Source of the DNA: Candidatus Poriferisocius sp. | Lineage (GTDB): Bacteria > Actinomycetota > Acidimicrobiia > Acidimicrobiales > Bin134 | Length of the DNA stretch: 64,000 bases | NCBI RefSeq assembly: GCF_965208355.1 | Contig: NZ_CBDBOM010000003.1 | Span: forward strand, 193,394-257,393 | Direction of reading: 5' to 3' | Shown: one piece after another, positions 44,287 through 54,337 of the stretch | Layout: the number at the start of each line of letters is the position of its first letter | Numbering within the stretch: position 1 is the first letter of the stretch | Made by a program: the position numbers and the translations under genes | The notes under the pieces: model-generated | Databases searched by the model: none | Told to the model about the DNA's origin: nothing | What the model saw: the letters and a program-made list of their open reading frames with translations, nothing else

Positions 44287-45753
44287 ATGTGGCATGAAGA
44301 AGATCTGTTGATCGACGGGGAGCTGAGGGCCTCCGAGGGGGGTGGCGTGTTCGAGACGGTGAACCCCGCAACCGAGGAGGTGCTCGGGGCGGCCGCCAAC
44401 GCCACCGACGCCGATGCGGTGGCCGCTGTGGCCGCCGCTCGCCGGGCTTTCGAAACCACCGACTGGGCCGTTGACCACGAATTTCGGGCTCGGTGCCTGC
44501 GCCAAATCCATGCCGCGCTGGAGCGCCATCTCGAAGAGATGCGGGAGCTGACGGTGGCCGAGGTGGGTTCTCCGGTGATGCTCACCTACGGCGGTCCGCA
44601 GCTCGAAGCCCCGGTGGCATCGGTCAAGTGGGTGGCCGACATGATGGACGGATATCAGTGGTCCGAAGACCTCGGCTTGGTGGAGGCCTATGGGGGCAGC
44701 CATCGACGGTGGATCGAGCGCGAGCCCGTAGGGGTGGTGGCCGCCATCACGGCTTACAACTTCCCTGTCCAGCTCAACCTGGCCAAGCTGGCCCCCGCAC
44801 TGGCTGCCGGCAACACGATGGTGTTGAAGGGGGCGCCCGACACACCGTGGTCGGCGCTGGCGCTGGGCAATCTGGTTGCCAATGAGACCGACATCCCTCC
44901 CGGAGTGGTCAACATCTTGAGCTCAGCGGAGAACTCGGTGGGCGAGGTTCTCACCACCCACCCAGATGTGGATATGGTGACCTTCACCGGCTCTACCGCC
45001 ACCGGGCGGAAGATCATGGCTGCGGCCAGCGCCACGGTGAAGAAGACCTTCTTGGAGCTGGGGGGCAAGAGCGCCTATGTGGTGCTGGACGACGCCGACG
45101 TGGAGGCGGCAGCCGCCATGAACTCGTTCATGATCTGCACCCACGCCGGACAGGGGTGCGCCATCACCACTCGAATGCTGGTTCCTGCGGCCATGGCCGA
45201 CACCGCCGCCGAAGTGGTGGCGGCCACGCTGGCCAACATCCCCTACGGCGATCCGACCGATCCCTCCATAATGATGGGACCGCTGATCAACGCCCGCCAG
45301 CGCGACAAGGTTCACAAGCTGGTGACAGACGCCATAGACCAGGGAGCGAGGTTGGTGACCGGCGGCAAGCGGCCCGATCACCTGCCGGTGGGCTACTACT
45401 ACGAGCCCACCTTGCTGGCGGGAGTGGGGGAGAACGACCTGGTGGCCCAAGAAGAGGTCTTCGGACCGGTGCTAGTCATCATCCCCTACGAGGGGGGCGA
45501 CGACGAGGCCGTTCGGATCGCCAACAACTCCATTTATGGCTTGTCGGGCGCGGTGAACAGCGCCGACCCGAAGCGGGCTCGGGCCGTGGCTCGGCAGATC
45601 CGGTCGGGCACGATCAGCGTGAACGGCGGCCTGTACTACGCCCCCGATGCGCCCTTCGGGGGATACAAGCAATCGGGCATCGGACGGGAGATGGGCGTGG
45701 CCGGATTTGAGGAGTTCCTCGAGATCAAGACATTGGCTGAACCGGCTGCCTAG
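44287..45753 (+). CDS. NAD(P)-dependent aldehyde dehydrogenase
   Basis: FTGSTATGRKI, ELGGKSA and HAGQGCA (catalytic Cys) blocks, 488 aa. Confidence 0.9.
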   Translation: MWHEEDLLIDGELRASEGGGVFETVNPATEEVLGAAANATDADAVAAVAAARRAFETTDWAVDHEFRARCLRQIHAALERHLEEMRELTVAEVGSPVMLTYGGPQLEAPVASVKWVADMMDGYQWSEDLGLVEAYGGSHRRWIEREPVGVVAAITAYNFPVQLNLAKLAPALAAGNTMVLKGAPDTPWSALALGNLVANETDIPPGVVNILSSAENSVGEVLTTHPDVDMVTFTGSTATGRKIMAAASATVKKTFLELGGKSAYVVLDDADVEAAAAMNSFMICTHAGQGCAITTRMLVPAAMADTAAEVVAATLANIPYGDPTDPSIMMGPLINARQRDKVHKLVTDAIDQGARLVTGGKRPDHLPVGYYYEPTLLAGVGENDLVAQEEVFGPVLVIIPYEGGDDEAVRIANNSIYGLSGAVNSADPKRARAVARQIRSGTISVNGGLYYAPDAPFGGYKQSGIGREMGVAGFEEFLEIKTLAEPAA

Positions 45754-45771
45754 CCGAGGAGCGGGGTCGGC

Positions 45772-47355
45772 ATGAGCGCATCCGAGGATTGGGCCAGCAC
45801 CAGCATTCCGCTGATGGCCCAGGGGGCGGCGGCCCGCTTCGGCGATGCTCCCGCGGTCGTGGAGGGCGACAGCGTGCTGTCCTACGCGGAGCTGGGGCGC
45901 CTGACCGACCAGGCCGCCGCGGCCATGCAGGCCGCCGGAGTGCAGGCTGGCGACCGGGTGGCGGTCTGGGCCTCCAATCGCTTGGAGTGGATCGTCGCCG
46001 CGCTGGGCCTCCATGCCGCAGGGGCTGCGTTGGTACCGGTAAACACCCGCTTCAAGCCGGCTGAAGCCGCCTACATTCTGGCCCGCAGCCGCTCCCGCCT
46101 CTTGGTGGTCGAGGCCGGGTTCGCCGGCATCGACCCCGCCGGGCTGTTCCACCAGGATGACGCCGACCTGTCGGCGCTGGAGCGGGTGGTGATGCTGCCC
46201 CCCGGCGAGGCCGGGAATGTGCCCAACGCGGTGTCGTGGGCTGATTTCCTGGGGGCGGGGGAGTCACTATCCCCCGACGCGGTGGAGGCCCGACGACAGG
46301 CGGTGGGTCCCGACCAGATCAGCGACATACTCTTCACGTCGGGCACCACCGGTGCGCCCAAAGGCGTGATGATGACCCACGGGCAGACCCTGCGGCAGTT
46401 CTCCGACTGGTGCGATTTCGCTGATCTGCGCCATGGCGACCGGTATTTGATCGTCAATCCCTTCTTCCACATGTTCGGCTACAAGGCCGGTTGGCTGGCC
46501 TGTCTGATGCGGGGGGCGACGGTGTACCCGATGCCGGTATTCGACGTGGAACAGGTGCTGGAGCTGGTTGAGTCCGAGCGGATCGCGGTGCTTCCCGGTC
46601 CACCGACCGTGTACCAGACCATCCTCGACCACCCATCTCGCTCGGGCCGGGACCTGTCCAGCCTGCGGGTGGCCATCACCGGTGCGGCCGACATCCCGGT
46701 GGAGCTGATCCGCCGGATGCACGAAGAATTGCCGTTCGAGCGCATCTGCACCGGTTACGGACTCACCGAGGCCGGCACCTGCACCGGAACCCAGCCCGGC
46801 GACGATCCCGAGACCATTGCCACCACCGCGGGGCGAGCCATGCCCGACCTGGAAGTCCAGGTGGCTGACGGAGACCGGGAGGCCGCTACCGGGGAAACCG
46901 GCGAGGTGCTGGTGCGAGGCTTCAGCGTGATGACCGGCTATTTCGACGACCCTGAGGCCACCGCCTCGGCCATCGACGCCGACGGATGGCTCCACACCGG
47001 CGACCTGGGGATCATGGACGACCGGGGCTATCTGAAGATCGCCGGTCGCATCAAAGACATGTTCATCGTGGGAGGGTTCAACGCCTACCCCGCCGAGATC
47101 GAGAACACGCTGCTGGGCCATCCCGGGGTGGCTCAGGCCGCGGTGGTGGGAGTGCCCGACGAGCGGCTGGGAGAGGTGGGCCGAGCCTTCATCGTGCCCC
47201 GGCCGGAAACGGCGGTCGATCCCGACGAGGTGATCGCCTGGTGCCGGGAGCGCATGGCCAACTACAAGGTGCCCCGATCGGTGGTATTGCGAGAGTCGTT
47301 CCCGCTGAACGCCACTGGCAAGGTGATGAAAGACGAGCTGCTGAAGAGTTCCTAA
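45772..47355 (+). CDS. AMP-dependent acyl-CoA synthetase/ligase
   Basis: LFTSGTTGAPKGV, YGLTE, GWLHTGD and NATGKVMK motifs, 527 aa. Confidence 0.9.
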   Translation: MSASEDWASTSIPLMAQGAAARFGDAPAVVEGDSVLSYAELGRLTDQAAAAMQAAGVQAGDRVAVWASNRLEWIVAALGLHAAGAALVPVNTRFKPAEAAYILARSRSRLLVVEAGFAGIDPAGLFHQDDADLSALERVVMLPPGEAGNVPNAVSWADFLGAGESLSPDAVEARRQAVGPDQISDILFTSGTTGAPKGVMMTHGQTLRQFSDWCDFADLRHGDRYLIVNPFFHMFGYKAGWLACLMRGATVYPMPVFDVEQVLELVESERIAVLPGPPTVYQTILDHPSRSGRDLSSLRVAITGAADIPVELIRRMHEELPFERICTGYGLTEAGTCTGTQPGDDPETIATTAGRAMPDLEVQVADGDREAATGETGEVLVRGFSVMTGYFDDPEATASAIDADGWLHTGDLGIMDDRGYLKIAGRIKDMFIVGGFNAYPAEIENTLLGHPGVAQAAVVGVPDERLGEVGRAFIVPRPETAVDPDEVIAWCRERMANYKVPRSVVLRESFPLNATGKVMKDELLKSS

Positions 47356-48875
47356 GGCTCGAACCGGCGCTTCAGCTCCCGCCGGAGCGTCTTGCCCGAC
47401 GGCAGTCGGGGAATGGACTCCACCACCAGCACGGTGTGGAGGCTCTTGTAGGAGGCCAAGGTATCGGCCACCAGGGCCTTGAGGTCGTCGACTGAGGGGT
47501 CGGCGTTTTCCGCGAGCTGCACGGCGGCGGCCACCGCTTCGCCGGAATCGGGGTCGGGAATCCCGAACACCGCGCAGTCAACCACACCGGGATGGCCCAG
47601 CAGCACTGCCTCAACCTCGGCGGGGGCCACCTGAAATCCCTTGACCTTGATCATCTCCTTCACCCGGTCAGTGATGTGCAGCCATCCGTCGGGCTCCATC
47701 CAACCCACATCGCCGGTGCGATACCAGCCGTCGGTGAACGCGTCGGCGTCGGCCTCGGCGGGCAGATACCCGGCCATCCTCGCCGGGCTCTGCGCCTGAA
47801 TTTCACCGACCTCCCCGGCGGACAGCACCGCTCCGGTCTCCAAGTCGGCAATGCGAACCCGGACATCGTGAACGGGTAGGCCGGCGGAATCCAGCCGCCA
47901 CAGATCGGGTCGGTGCACCGGGTTGGTGGCGATGACCGGCAATTCGCTGGCCCCGTAAGCGGGCAGGAAACCTACGCCGGTTCGCTCGGTGACCCGCCGG
48001 GCCACGCTCTCGGTAACCGGGGTGGCCCCCCACATGATGTAGCGCAGCGACGACAGGTCGTACTCCTCCAGACGGGGGTGGTTGGCCATGGCCAGGGCTA
48101 TCGGCGCCACCGCCATCTCCAGGGTGATGCGGTCGGTCTCGACGGCGGCCAGGACTGCGTCCAGGTCGAAACGGGGGTGGAGCCTTACCGACGACCCCGC
48201 CCACACCGAGGCCAGCAGGTTGAGCAGCCCGAGGATGTGGAACGGAGGGGTGGCAATCTGAAACCGGTCATCGGTGGTAAGGCCGAGCACCGATCCCCAA
48301 ATGACGATGGCCGCGCCGATGCTGGCATGGGTGTGGCGCACCGCTTTGGGCATGCCGGTAGTGCCGGAGCTGAACACCAGCACGGCCTCGGTCTGTTCCC
48401 AATCCAGTTCCACGGCCATCGGCTCGGCTGAGTGGTTGGCCAGGGCGGCCACGGCGGGGTCGTCGTCGAGGTGGATCACTTGGTCGGCCAGCAGGGGAGG
48501 GAGGCGCAGATGGGTGTCACCGTCGGTGATGGCCAGCACCGGTTCGGTCAGGCCGGCGGCGTGGGCGACCTCGGCTTGTTTCCACGCCGAGCTGATCATT
48601 ACTGCGGAGGCCCCGAGCTTGAAGATGCCGAACACGGCGGTGAAGAACTCAGGCCGATTCGAGGCCATCACCGCCACCCGCTGATGGGCCGACACGCCCC
48701 GTTCGGCCAACACACGGGCGAACCCGTCGGCCTGTTGGTTGAATTCCTCGTAGGTCAGGAATCGGTCTTCGAACCGAACGGCCACCCGGTCGCCGAACTG
48801 GTTGGCGGCCGACTCCAGCAGGCTGTGGACGCTGGTTCCCTGGGGATAGTCCAGCGGCGGGAACAGCTCCGACAC
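47352..48875 (-). CDS. AMP-dependent acyl-CoA synthetase/ligase
   Basis: VFSSGTTGMPKAV, GWYRTGD and PSGKTLRR motifs, 507 aa. It converges on the previous gene and their stop codons overlap. Confidence 0.9.
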   Translation of the reverse strand: MSELFPPLDYPQGTSVHSLLESAANQFGDRVAVRFEDRFLTYEEFNQQADGFARVLAERGVSAHQRVAVMASNRPEFFTAVFGIFKLGASAVMISSAWKQAEVAHAAGLTEPVLAITDGDTHLRLPPLLADQVIHLDDDPAVAALANHSAEPMAVELDWEQTEAVLVFSSGTTGMPKAVRHTHASIGAAIVIWGSVLGLTTDDRFQIATPPFHILGLLNLLASVWAGSSVRLHPRFDLDAVLAAVETDRITLEMAVAPIALAMANHPRLEEYDLSSLRYIMWGATPVTESVARRVTERTGVGFLPAYGASELPVIATNPVHRPDLWRLDSAGLPVHDVRVRIADLETGAVLSAGEVGEIQAQSPARMAGYLPAEADADAFTDGWYRTGDVGWMEPDGWLHITDRVKEMIKVKGFQVAPAEVEAVLLGHPGVVDCAVFGIPDPDSGEAVAAAVQLAENADPSVDDLKALVADTLASYKSLHTVLVVESIPRLPSGKTLRRELKRRFEP

Positions 48876-48878
48876 CGA

Positions 48879-49523
48879 CTAGCCCCCGGCCCCGGAGGGG
48901 AAGCTCTTGCCCTCGAGCTCGGGATCAAGGGGCAGGTCGAAGCAGTTGAATGCCACCGCCAGGGTGTCGTAGGCCCCCACGGTGAAGAGCAAGTCCATGA
49001 TCTGGCGGGTGTCGAACGCCTCGGCCAACTCGTTCCATGTTCCGTCCGACCAACCGTGATTGTGTTGTAGCTCGTCTACCGCCCGCAGCAACAAGGCGTC
49101 GTCAGGGTTCCAGCCGTCAACAGAATCGGCGGTGGTGCGGTCGATTTCCTCGGCGGTAAGTCCCACTTCAGGGGCAGCGGCCGCGTGCTGAACCCACTCG
49201 TATTCGCTTCGGCGCAGCCACGCCACCCGCAGCACGGCCAACTCGATGGCCCTCCCGGGCAGGGTGTTGAAGTAGAGCAGGTGGCGGTTGAATGCCAGGA
49301 ATGCCTGGGCCAGTTCGGGATAGCGGGCCATCACCGACAAGGCGTTGTTGGGGCGCCTCACCTGTTGTTTGCGGTCGGCCTTGCGCTTGTTATAGGCAGA
49401 GCCTGCCGGAGGACGCATCGGTTCCATGGCGGCAAATGCCTCAGGGGTCCACTCTGACAGCTCCAGTGGGGTGATTCGCGGCCGGCTGGCCGGGTTGTCG
49501 ATGTTGTCGGCCGAGTTGCTCAC
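48879..49523 (-). CDS. carboxymuconolactone decarboxylase (CMD/AhpD-fold) family protein
   Basis: GTG at 49523 follows AAGGAGGA. The CMD-fold helix region is LRVAWLRRSEYEWVQH, with ExxW..H instead of the AhpD CxxC. Confidence 0.7.
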   Translation of the reverse strand: MSNSADNIDNPASRPRITPLELSEWTPEAFAAMEPMRPPAGSAYNKRKADRKQQVRRPNNALSVMARYPELAQAFLAFNRHLLYFNTLPGRAIELAVLRVAWLRRSEYEWVQHAAAAPEVGLTAEEIDRTTADSVDGWNPDDALLLRAVDELQHNHGWSDGTWNELAEAFDTRQIMDLLFTVGAYDTLAVAFNCFDLPLDPELEGKSFPSGAGG

Positions 49524-49628
49524 CCGTTCCTCCTTGGCTTTCCGCTCGGATGGTAACCGACACACCGAAGGCCGGGATCAGTGCCAATGGCCGCTGGCGT
49601 CTGATATGAACGAGGCTGAGGAGTTGCT

Positions 49629-50582
49629 GTGCGTATAGGACTGATGGTCGGGCCCGAGCGGCGCCGATATGCCACCAAGAAGGCCCGAATGATCGAGGCG
49701 GCCCAAGAGGCGGAAGCGGCTGGCTTCGCGTCGGTATGGATTCCCCAGATTCCCGACGAGTTCGACGCCATGACGGCAGCCGCACTGATCGGGTCGGCCA
49801 CCTCCACCGTGGAGGTGGGAACCGCGGTGGTGGTGGCCCAGACCCGCCATCCCATCGCGCTGTGTCAGCAGGTGCTCTCGGTGCAGCTGGCCTGTGAGGG
49901 CCGATTCGCTTTGGGATTGGGCCCGTCGCACCACTGGATCGTGGAGGACATGCTGGGGTTGTCATATGACCGGCCTGCGGCGCAGATCCGGTCGTATCTC
50001 GATGTGTTGGACCAAGCGCTGGCTGGCCCTGGACCTGTTGCGGTCGAAAACGAGCACTTCCAGATCGACAACCCGCTCGACATCACCGACCAGCCCGCCA
50101 CTCCGGTGTTGCTGGCCGCACTGGGACCGGTCATGCTGCGACTGGCCGGCACCCGCACCGACGGCACCACCCTTTGGCTGGCCGACGAGCGGGCCATCGG
50201 CGAATTCATCGCTCCTCGGATCACCCAGGCCGCCGCCGAGGCCGGTCGCCCTCCCCCTCGGATTGTGGCTGGAGTGCCGGTGTGCTTGTGCGGATCTGGG
50301 GAGGTGGACGCGGCCAAGGATCGGGCCGAGCGGCTGCTGGCCGAGGCCGAGATGTCCCCCAACTATCAGCGGCTGTTGGACCGGGGCGACGCCGAGGGGG
50401 TGTCGGACATCATGGCCGTCGGCGACGAAGCCGCGGTCTTGGCCCGGCTGCGCACTTTCGCCGACGCCGGGGTCACTGATCTCTCGGTGCGGGTTCTGCC
50501 AGTGGGCGATGGCCGCGACGAGCTCATCGCCTCCAGCCAGCGAACCCGGGAGTTTCTGGCCTCGTTGGCCCCAGAGATCTAG
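49629..50582 (+). CDS. LLM-class F420-dependent oxidoreductase-like protein
   Basis: GTG start after GAGGAG. MRIGLMVGPE...AEAAGFASVWIPQ...LGLGPSH pattern, 317 aa. Confidence 0.8.
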   Translation: MRIGLMVGPERRRYATKKARMIEAAQEAEAAGFASVWIPQIPDEFDAMTAAALIGSATSTVEVGTAVVVAQTRHPIALCQQVLSVQLACEGRFALGLGPSHHWIVEDMLGLSYDRPAAQIRSYLDVLDQALAGPGPVAVENEHFQIDNPLDITDQPATPVLLAALGPVMLRLAGTRTDGTTLWLADERAIGEFIAPRITQAAAEAGRPPPRIVAGVPVCLCGSGEVDAAKDRAERLLAEAEMSPNYQRLLDRGDAEGVSDIMAVGDEAAVLARLRTFADAGVTDLSVRVLPVGDGRDELIASSQRTREFLASLAPEI

Positions 50583-50586
50583 CGGC

Positions 50587-51876
50587 TCAGGCCGCCGGCT
50601 GGACCTGGTTGAGGGGGTTCATGCCCGGGCAGCCCTTGGCCCGCTCGGGTATGTCGGCGTAGTCGATGGGAGTGGCCACCTCGGCCTTGGTGGGGCAGAA
50701 CTGCTCGGCCAGGGGGGCCAGCGCCACCAAGTCGAACCCGTACACCTCAGCGGCGTTGGTGGTGAGGATTTGAGTGGTCTCCTCCTCGGTGAGGTTGGCG
50801 AAGGTGAGCCTCAGGTGCTCTCGGGTATGGGGATGCGACCCCTCGATATGGGGGTAGTCGGAGCCCCACATGACCCGGTCGATGCCCACCGTCCGGGTAA
50901 GCAGAGCTTCTGAGGGCCGCAGGAACGACGCTCCGATGTAGCACTGGCGGGCGAAGTACTCGCTGGGAGTGAGCGACATATCGGCCACCGCCTGGCTGCC
51001 GAAGACGGTCTCGGAGCCGTACTTGGAGTACCGCATCCGGTGGAAGAAGCTCTCCAGCTTCTCCAGAGTGTCGGGCACCCAGGCAGTACCGGTCTCGGTA
51101 GTCACGTACTTGAGGTTGGGATAGCGCTCGAACACGCCCGAGAACATGAGGTGCCACAGAGCCCGCTGGGTCCACCAGGTGGCCTCTAGGACGAACATGG
51201 CCAGCGACGAGGGAAAGTGGTTGCCGTAGTTGGGCGATCCACCGCCGGCGTGGTGGTTCAGCGGAAGACCGGCTGCCGCGGTGGCGGCCCAGATGGGCTC
51301 GTAGGACTTGGAGTACAGCGGCTCGAACGGAGAGTCGGGCGGTGCGCCGGGGATGAGCACGCCGCCCTTCAACCCATTCTCTGCCGCCCACTCGATCTCT
51401 TTGACGGAGCCTTCTACATCGCCCAAGAACACCTGGGCGATTCCGGCCCGGCGCTCGGGGGCCTGGCTCACGAACTCGGCCACCCACCGGTTGTGGGCTC
51501 GCAGTCCGGCCCAGCGGTGCTCGAAGTTGTCAGAGTAGGGCGGGGCCTCGAATGCGGTGGCCGCGGGCGGTGCGAACGGGGGCTGGGTGTTGGGGAACAG
51601 CACCTCGGCGATGAAGCCGTCGGCCTCCTGCTCGGCCAGTCGATCAGACGACGACCAGTTGCGGTGGCCCCACACCTCGGGATCGCCGTCCACCCCCACC
51701 TCCATGGGCGAGCGCTCCATGTCGGCGAACATGGCTTTGCGGCGCTCGTTGTGTTCGTCCATGAAGTCGGCCCACTCGTCGAACTCGTCGTGGTAGCGCG
51801 ACTCCAGATACGGCCGGTAGCCCCTCAGGTCGGCCCCGCAATGCGTGTCAGCACTGATGACAATGTGATGTTCCAT
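50587..51876 (-). CDS. amidohydrolase_2 family metal-dependent hydrolase
   Basis: MEHHIVISADTHCG ... WGSDYPHIEG metal-ligand motifs, 429 aa. Confidence 0.85.
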   Translation of the reverse strand: MEHHIVISADTHCGADLRGYRPYLESRYHDEFDEWADFMDEHNERRKAMFADMERSPMEVGVDGDPEVWGHRNWSSSDRLAEQEADGFIAEVLFPNTQPPFAPPAATAFEAPPYSDNFEHRWAGLRAHNRWVAEFVSQAPERRAGIAQVFLGDVEGSVKEIEWAAENGLKGGVLIPGAPPDSPFEPLYSKSYEPIWAATAAAGLPLNHHAGGGSPNYGNHFPSSLAMFVLEATWWTQRALWHLMFSGVFERYPNLKYVTTETGTAWVPDTLEKLESFFHRMRYSKYGSETVFGSQAVADMSLTPSEYFARQCYIGASFLRPSEALLTRTVGIDRVMWGSDYPHIEGSHPHTREHLRLTFANLTEEETTQILTTNAAEVYGFDLVALAPLAEQFCPTKAEVATPIDYADIPERAKGCPGMNPLNQVQPAA

Positions 51877-51900
51877 CGGCTTCCCCCGTTCTCTTGAAAT

Positions 51901-52890
51901 CTAGCGGTTGACGTCGATGACGACTCGGCCGCGGATTTCGCCGGCAAGGATCTGGGCGGCGGCGGCGGGGACGTCGGACAGGCCGATGGTGTCGGTCATG
52001 GCGTCGAGCTTGGCGGTGTCGAGGTCTTGGGCCAGGCGGTTCCAGGCTTGGGCCCGGCGCTCAGCGGGCTCATAGACGCAGTTGACCCCGGCCAGGGTGA
52101 CGGCCCGGAGGATGAACGGGGCCACCGAGCTGGGAAAGTCCATGCCTTGGGCCAAGCCGCAGGCGGCCACGCACCCGTGGGGCTGGGTCTGGGAGACGAT
52201 GTTGGCCAGTGTGTGGCTGCCCACGGTGTCGATGCCTCCGGCGAAGCGTGTCTTGCCCAGGGGCCGAGCCGGGCCGGAGAGCTCGTCGCGGTGGATGAGC
52301 TCGGACGCTCCCAGTTCACGCAGGTAGTCGCCCTCAGTTTCGATGCGGCCACTGGAGGCGATCACCTCATAGCCCAGCTTGGCCAGAACTGCGACGGCCA
52401 CGCTGCCCACCCCACCGGCGGCCCCGGTCACCACAACCGGGCCGGAATCGGGGGCGATGTCGTGCTCCTCTAGGGCCAGCACGCACAGCATGGCGGTGTA
52501 GCCCGCGGTGCCCAACGCCATGGCCTGATGGGAGGTGTAGGCGTCGGGCAGGGGAGTGAGCCAGCCGCCGTCCATGGCCGCCTTGGTGGCCATGCCTCCC
52601 CAGTACGACTCGCCAACGTCCCAGCCGTTCACGATCACCCCGTCGCCGGTCGACCAGGCCGGGTCGTCGCTGCTGGCCACCGTGCCGGCCAGGTCGATGC
52701 CGGGAACCATGGGCCAGGTGCGCACGATGGGGGCGCCGTTCACGATGGCCAGGCCGTCTTTGTAGTTGAGAGTGGAGTAGTCCACGTCGACCATGACCGG
52801 GCGGTCAGGCAGGTCAGCGTCGTCCAACTCGGTAATGGAGTGGGAAAGGGTGCCGTCGTCGTCTTGGCTGAGCAGGAGGGCTCTGAACAT
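51901..52890 (-). CDS. MDR-family NADPH-dependent reductase, YhdH/AcuI (acrylyl-CoA reductase)-like
   Basis: MFRALLL...VDVDYSTLNYKDGLAI...VVVTGAAGGVGSVAV pattern, 329 aa. Confidence 0.8.
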   Translation of the reverse strand: MFRALLLSQDDDGTLSHSITELDDADLPDRPVMVDVDYSTLNYKDGLAIVNGAPIVRTWPMVPGIDLAGTVASSDDPAWSTGDGVIVNGWDVGESYWGGMATKAAMDGGWLTPLPDAYTSHQAMALGTAGYTAMLCVLALEEHDIAPDSGPVVVTGAAGGVGSVAVAVLAKLGYEVIASSGRIETEGDYLRELGASELIHRDELSGPARPLGKTRFAGGIDTVGSHTLANIVSQTQPHGCVAACGLAQGMDFPSSVAPFILRAVTLAGVNCVYEPAERRAQAWNRLAQDLDTAKLDAMTDTIGLSDVPAAAAQILAGEIRGRVVIDVNR

Positions 52891-52930
52891 CCCGCCACTC
52901 TGTCAGACGAACCGTTGATACCTCTATCCG

Positions 52931-53068
52931 GCGGGGCGGCAGGCCGCGTTGAAGGGTTCGTGGTGACGGGTCCTGTCACCTGACGGCGGCCTGGCGTGCT
53001 TCGCGTGCGCCAGGTCCGCCTCCGGCGCCACCACCCACCACGAACCATTTTGTGGGCTGCCGCCCCGC
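52931..53068. repeat. structured palindromic repeat element, copy A (MITE/REP-like)
   Basis: Perfect 12-bp terminal inverted repeats: GCGGGGCGGCAG (52931..52942) and CTGCCGCCCCGC (53057..53068). The element is flanked by a 7-bp direct repeat CTATCCG (52924..52930 and 53069..53075). An inner 11-bp stem pairs GGTTCGTGGTG (52955..52965) with CACCACGAACC (53036..53046). The central hairpin is GGCGG-CCTGGCG/CGCCAGG-t-CCGCC (52985..53020). Its core is the reverse complement of copy B. Confidence 0.6.
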
Positions 53069-54286
53069 CTATCCGAGGATTCCGTCTGTCTGGAGGCGGT
53101 CTATTTCTTCCTCCGAGAGACCGGCGATTTCATTGAGTACGTCTTTGGTGCTGGTGCCGAGGGTTTCGGCGGGGGTTTGATCGGTGTTGGCCCGGGAGAA
53201 CTTCACCGGGAACGCGGGGGCTAGCCAGCGGGAGGGCTCGTCGGCGTGGGGATGTTGCAGGGAGACCAAGGCTTGGCGGTGTTGGATTTGGGGGTCTTCG
53301 GCGGCGGCGTAGGCGGAGCCCACCGCGCCGGCGGGTACTCGGATTTTGTGCAGTCGGGCTACCAACTCCTCAGTGGTCTGCTGCGCCATCCACCGTGCCA
53401 CTTCCTGGCATATCTCAGCCCGGTTGGCTGCCCGTACGGGTATGTCGGGACCCAGCTCCCATAGGTCGGGGCGGCCCATCTCCTCAGTGAGACGTTTGAA
53501 TTGGGCGTCGGAGGTGATGACCAGAGTGATCCAGCCGTCCTGAGATTCAAAGGTGTCCAGGATGCCCCTCGGATCGCCGTTGCCGATGCGGTCGGGCATG
53601 CCCCGTTCCCGGTAGAGGTCCAGAGGCTCGTCCCAGATCATGGTGACCAGGCTGTCGAGCATGGCAACGTCGATGTACTGACCCTTTCCGTCGATGTCTC
53701 GCTGGCGCAGCGCTGCCACCACCCCGAGGGCGCAAAGGGCGGCCGGGAATTGGTCTCCGACGGTGGCGCCGGCCTTGGTGGGTGGGCCGTCGGGGAAACC
53801 CGACTTGGCCATCAGCCCCGACCGGCCCTGGATTATGAGGTCCATGGAGGCCAGATCGGCATCCGGCCCATCGGGTCCAAAGCCGGTGATGGAAGCGTGG
53901 ATCAGCTGAGGGTTCAGCTCGGCCAGCGTCTCGTAGTCCAGCCCCAGCGAGGCCATGACCCCTGGCCGAAAGTTGTCCACCAACACGTCAACATTGGCCG
54001 CCAGCCGTCGAAACGCGTCCGCCCCCTCGGGCCGACCTAGGTCGAGAACCACGCTGCGCTTACCCCGCCCCTTGCGCAGATAACTGATCCCGATGTCGTC
54101 GGGCCCCATGACCTCTGATTGTTCGCCCTCCGGTCCGACCCACGGCGGAATGCGCCAAGTCACGTCCCCGCCCGGCGGGTCCACCCGAATTACCTCCGCC
54201 CCCAACGAAGCCAAGAACCAAGTACAGACCGGCCCCGAAACCACCCGAGTCAGATCAATCACCCGAACGCCTTCCAACGGTTTCAC
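53069..54286 (-). CDS. family III CoA-transferase (CaiB/BaiF type)
   Basis: GTG at 54286 lies 9 nt after GGAGG. N-terminus VKPLEGVRVIDLTRVVSGPVCTWFLASLGAEVIRV, ~405 aa. The track extension to 54385 is a translation of repeat copy B. Confidence 0.9.
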   Translation of the reverse strand: MKPLEGVRVIDLTRVVSGPVCTWFLASLGAEVIRVDPPGGDVTWRIPPWVGPEGEQSEVMGPDDIGISYLRKGRGKRSVVLDLGRPEGADAFRRLAANVDVLVDNFRPGVMASLGLDYETLAELNPQLIHASITGFGPDGPDADLASMDLIIQGRSGLMAKSGFPDGPPTKAGATVGDQFPAALCALGVVAALRQRDIDGKGQYIDVAMLDSLVTMIWDEPLDLYRERGMPDRIGNGDPRGILDTFESQDGWITLVITSDAQFKRLTEEMGRPDLWELGPDIPVRAANRAEICQEVARWMAQQTTEELVARLHKIRVPAGAVGSAYAAAEDPQIQHRQALVSLQHPHADEPSRWLAPAFPVKFSRANTDQTPAETLGTSTKDVLNEIAGLSEEEIDRLQTDGILG

Positions 54287-54337
54287 GAGCGATTCACCTC
54301 CCCTCTTTCCTCTCTCTGAGTGGCGTCCCAAGAGTAG

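Noticed and set aside
48879-49523. Possibility that the CMD/AhpD-fold protein is a CxxC or Sec (UxxC) redox protein, given selD in the window.
   Set aside because: The corresponding helix reads SEYEWVQH with no Cys and no in-frame TGA, so there is no peroxidase-type or selenoprotein signature.
52740-53048. 102-aa minus ORF and the 132-aa plus ORF at 54093..54491, which share the peptide WRRRRTWRTRSTPGRRQ.
   Set aside because: The shared peptide is simply the translation of the inverted repeat core on opposite strands. Neither ORF has coding-like composition or a plausible start context. The observation is kept as a repeat element rather than a gene.
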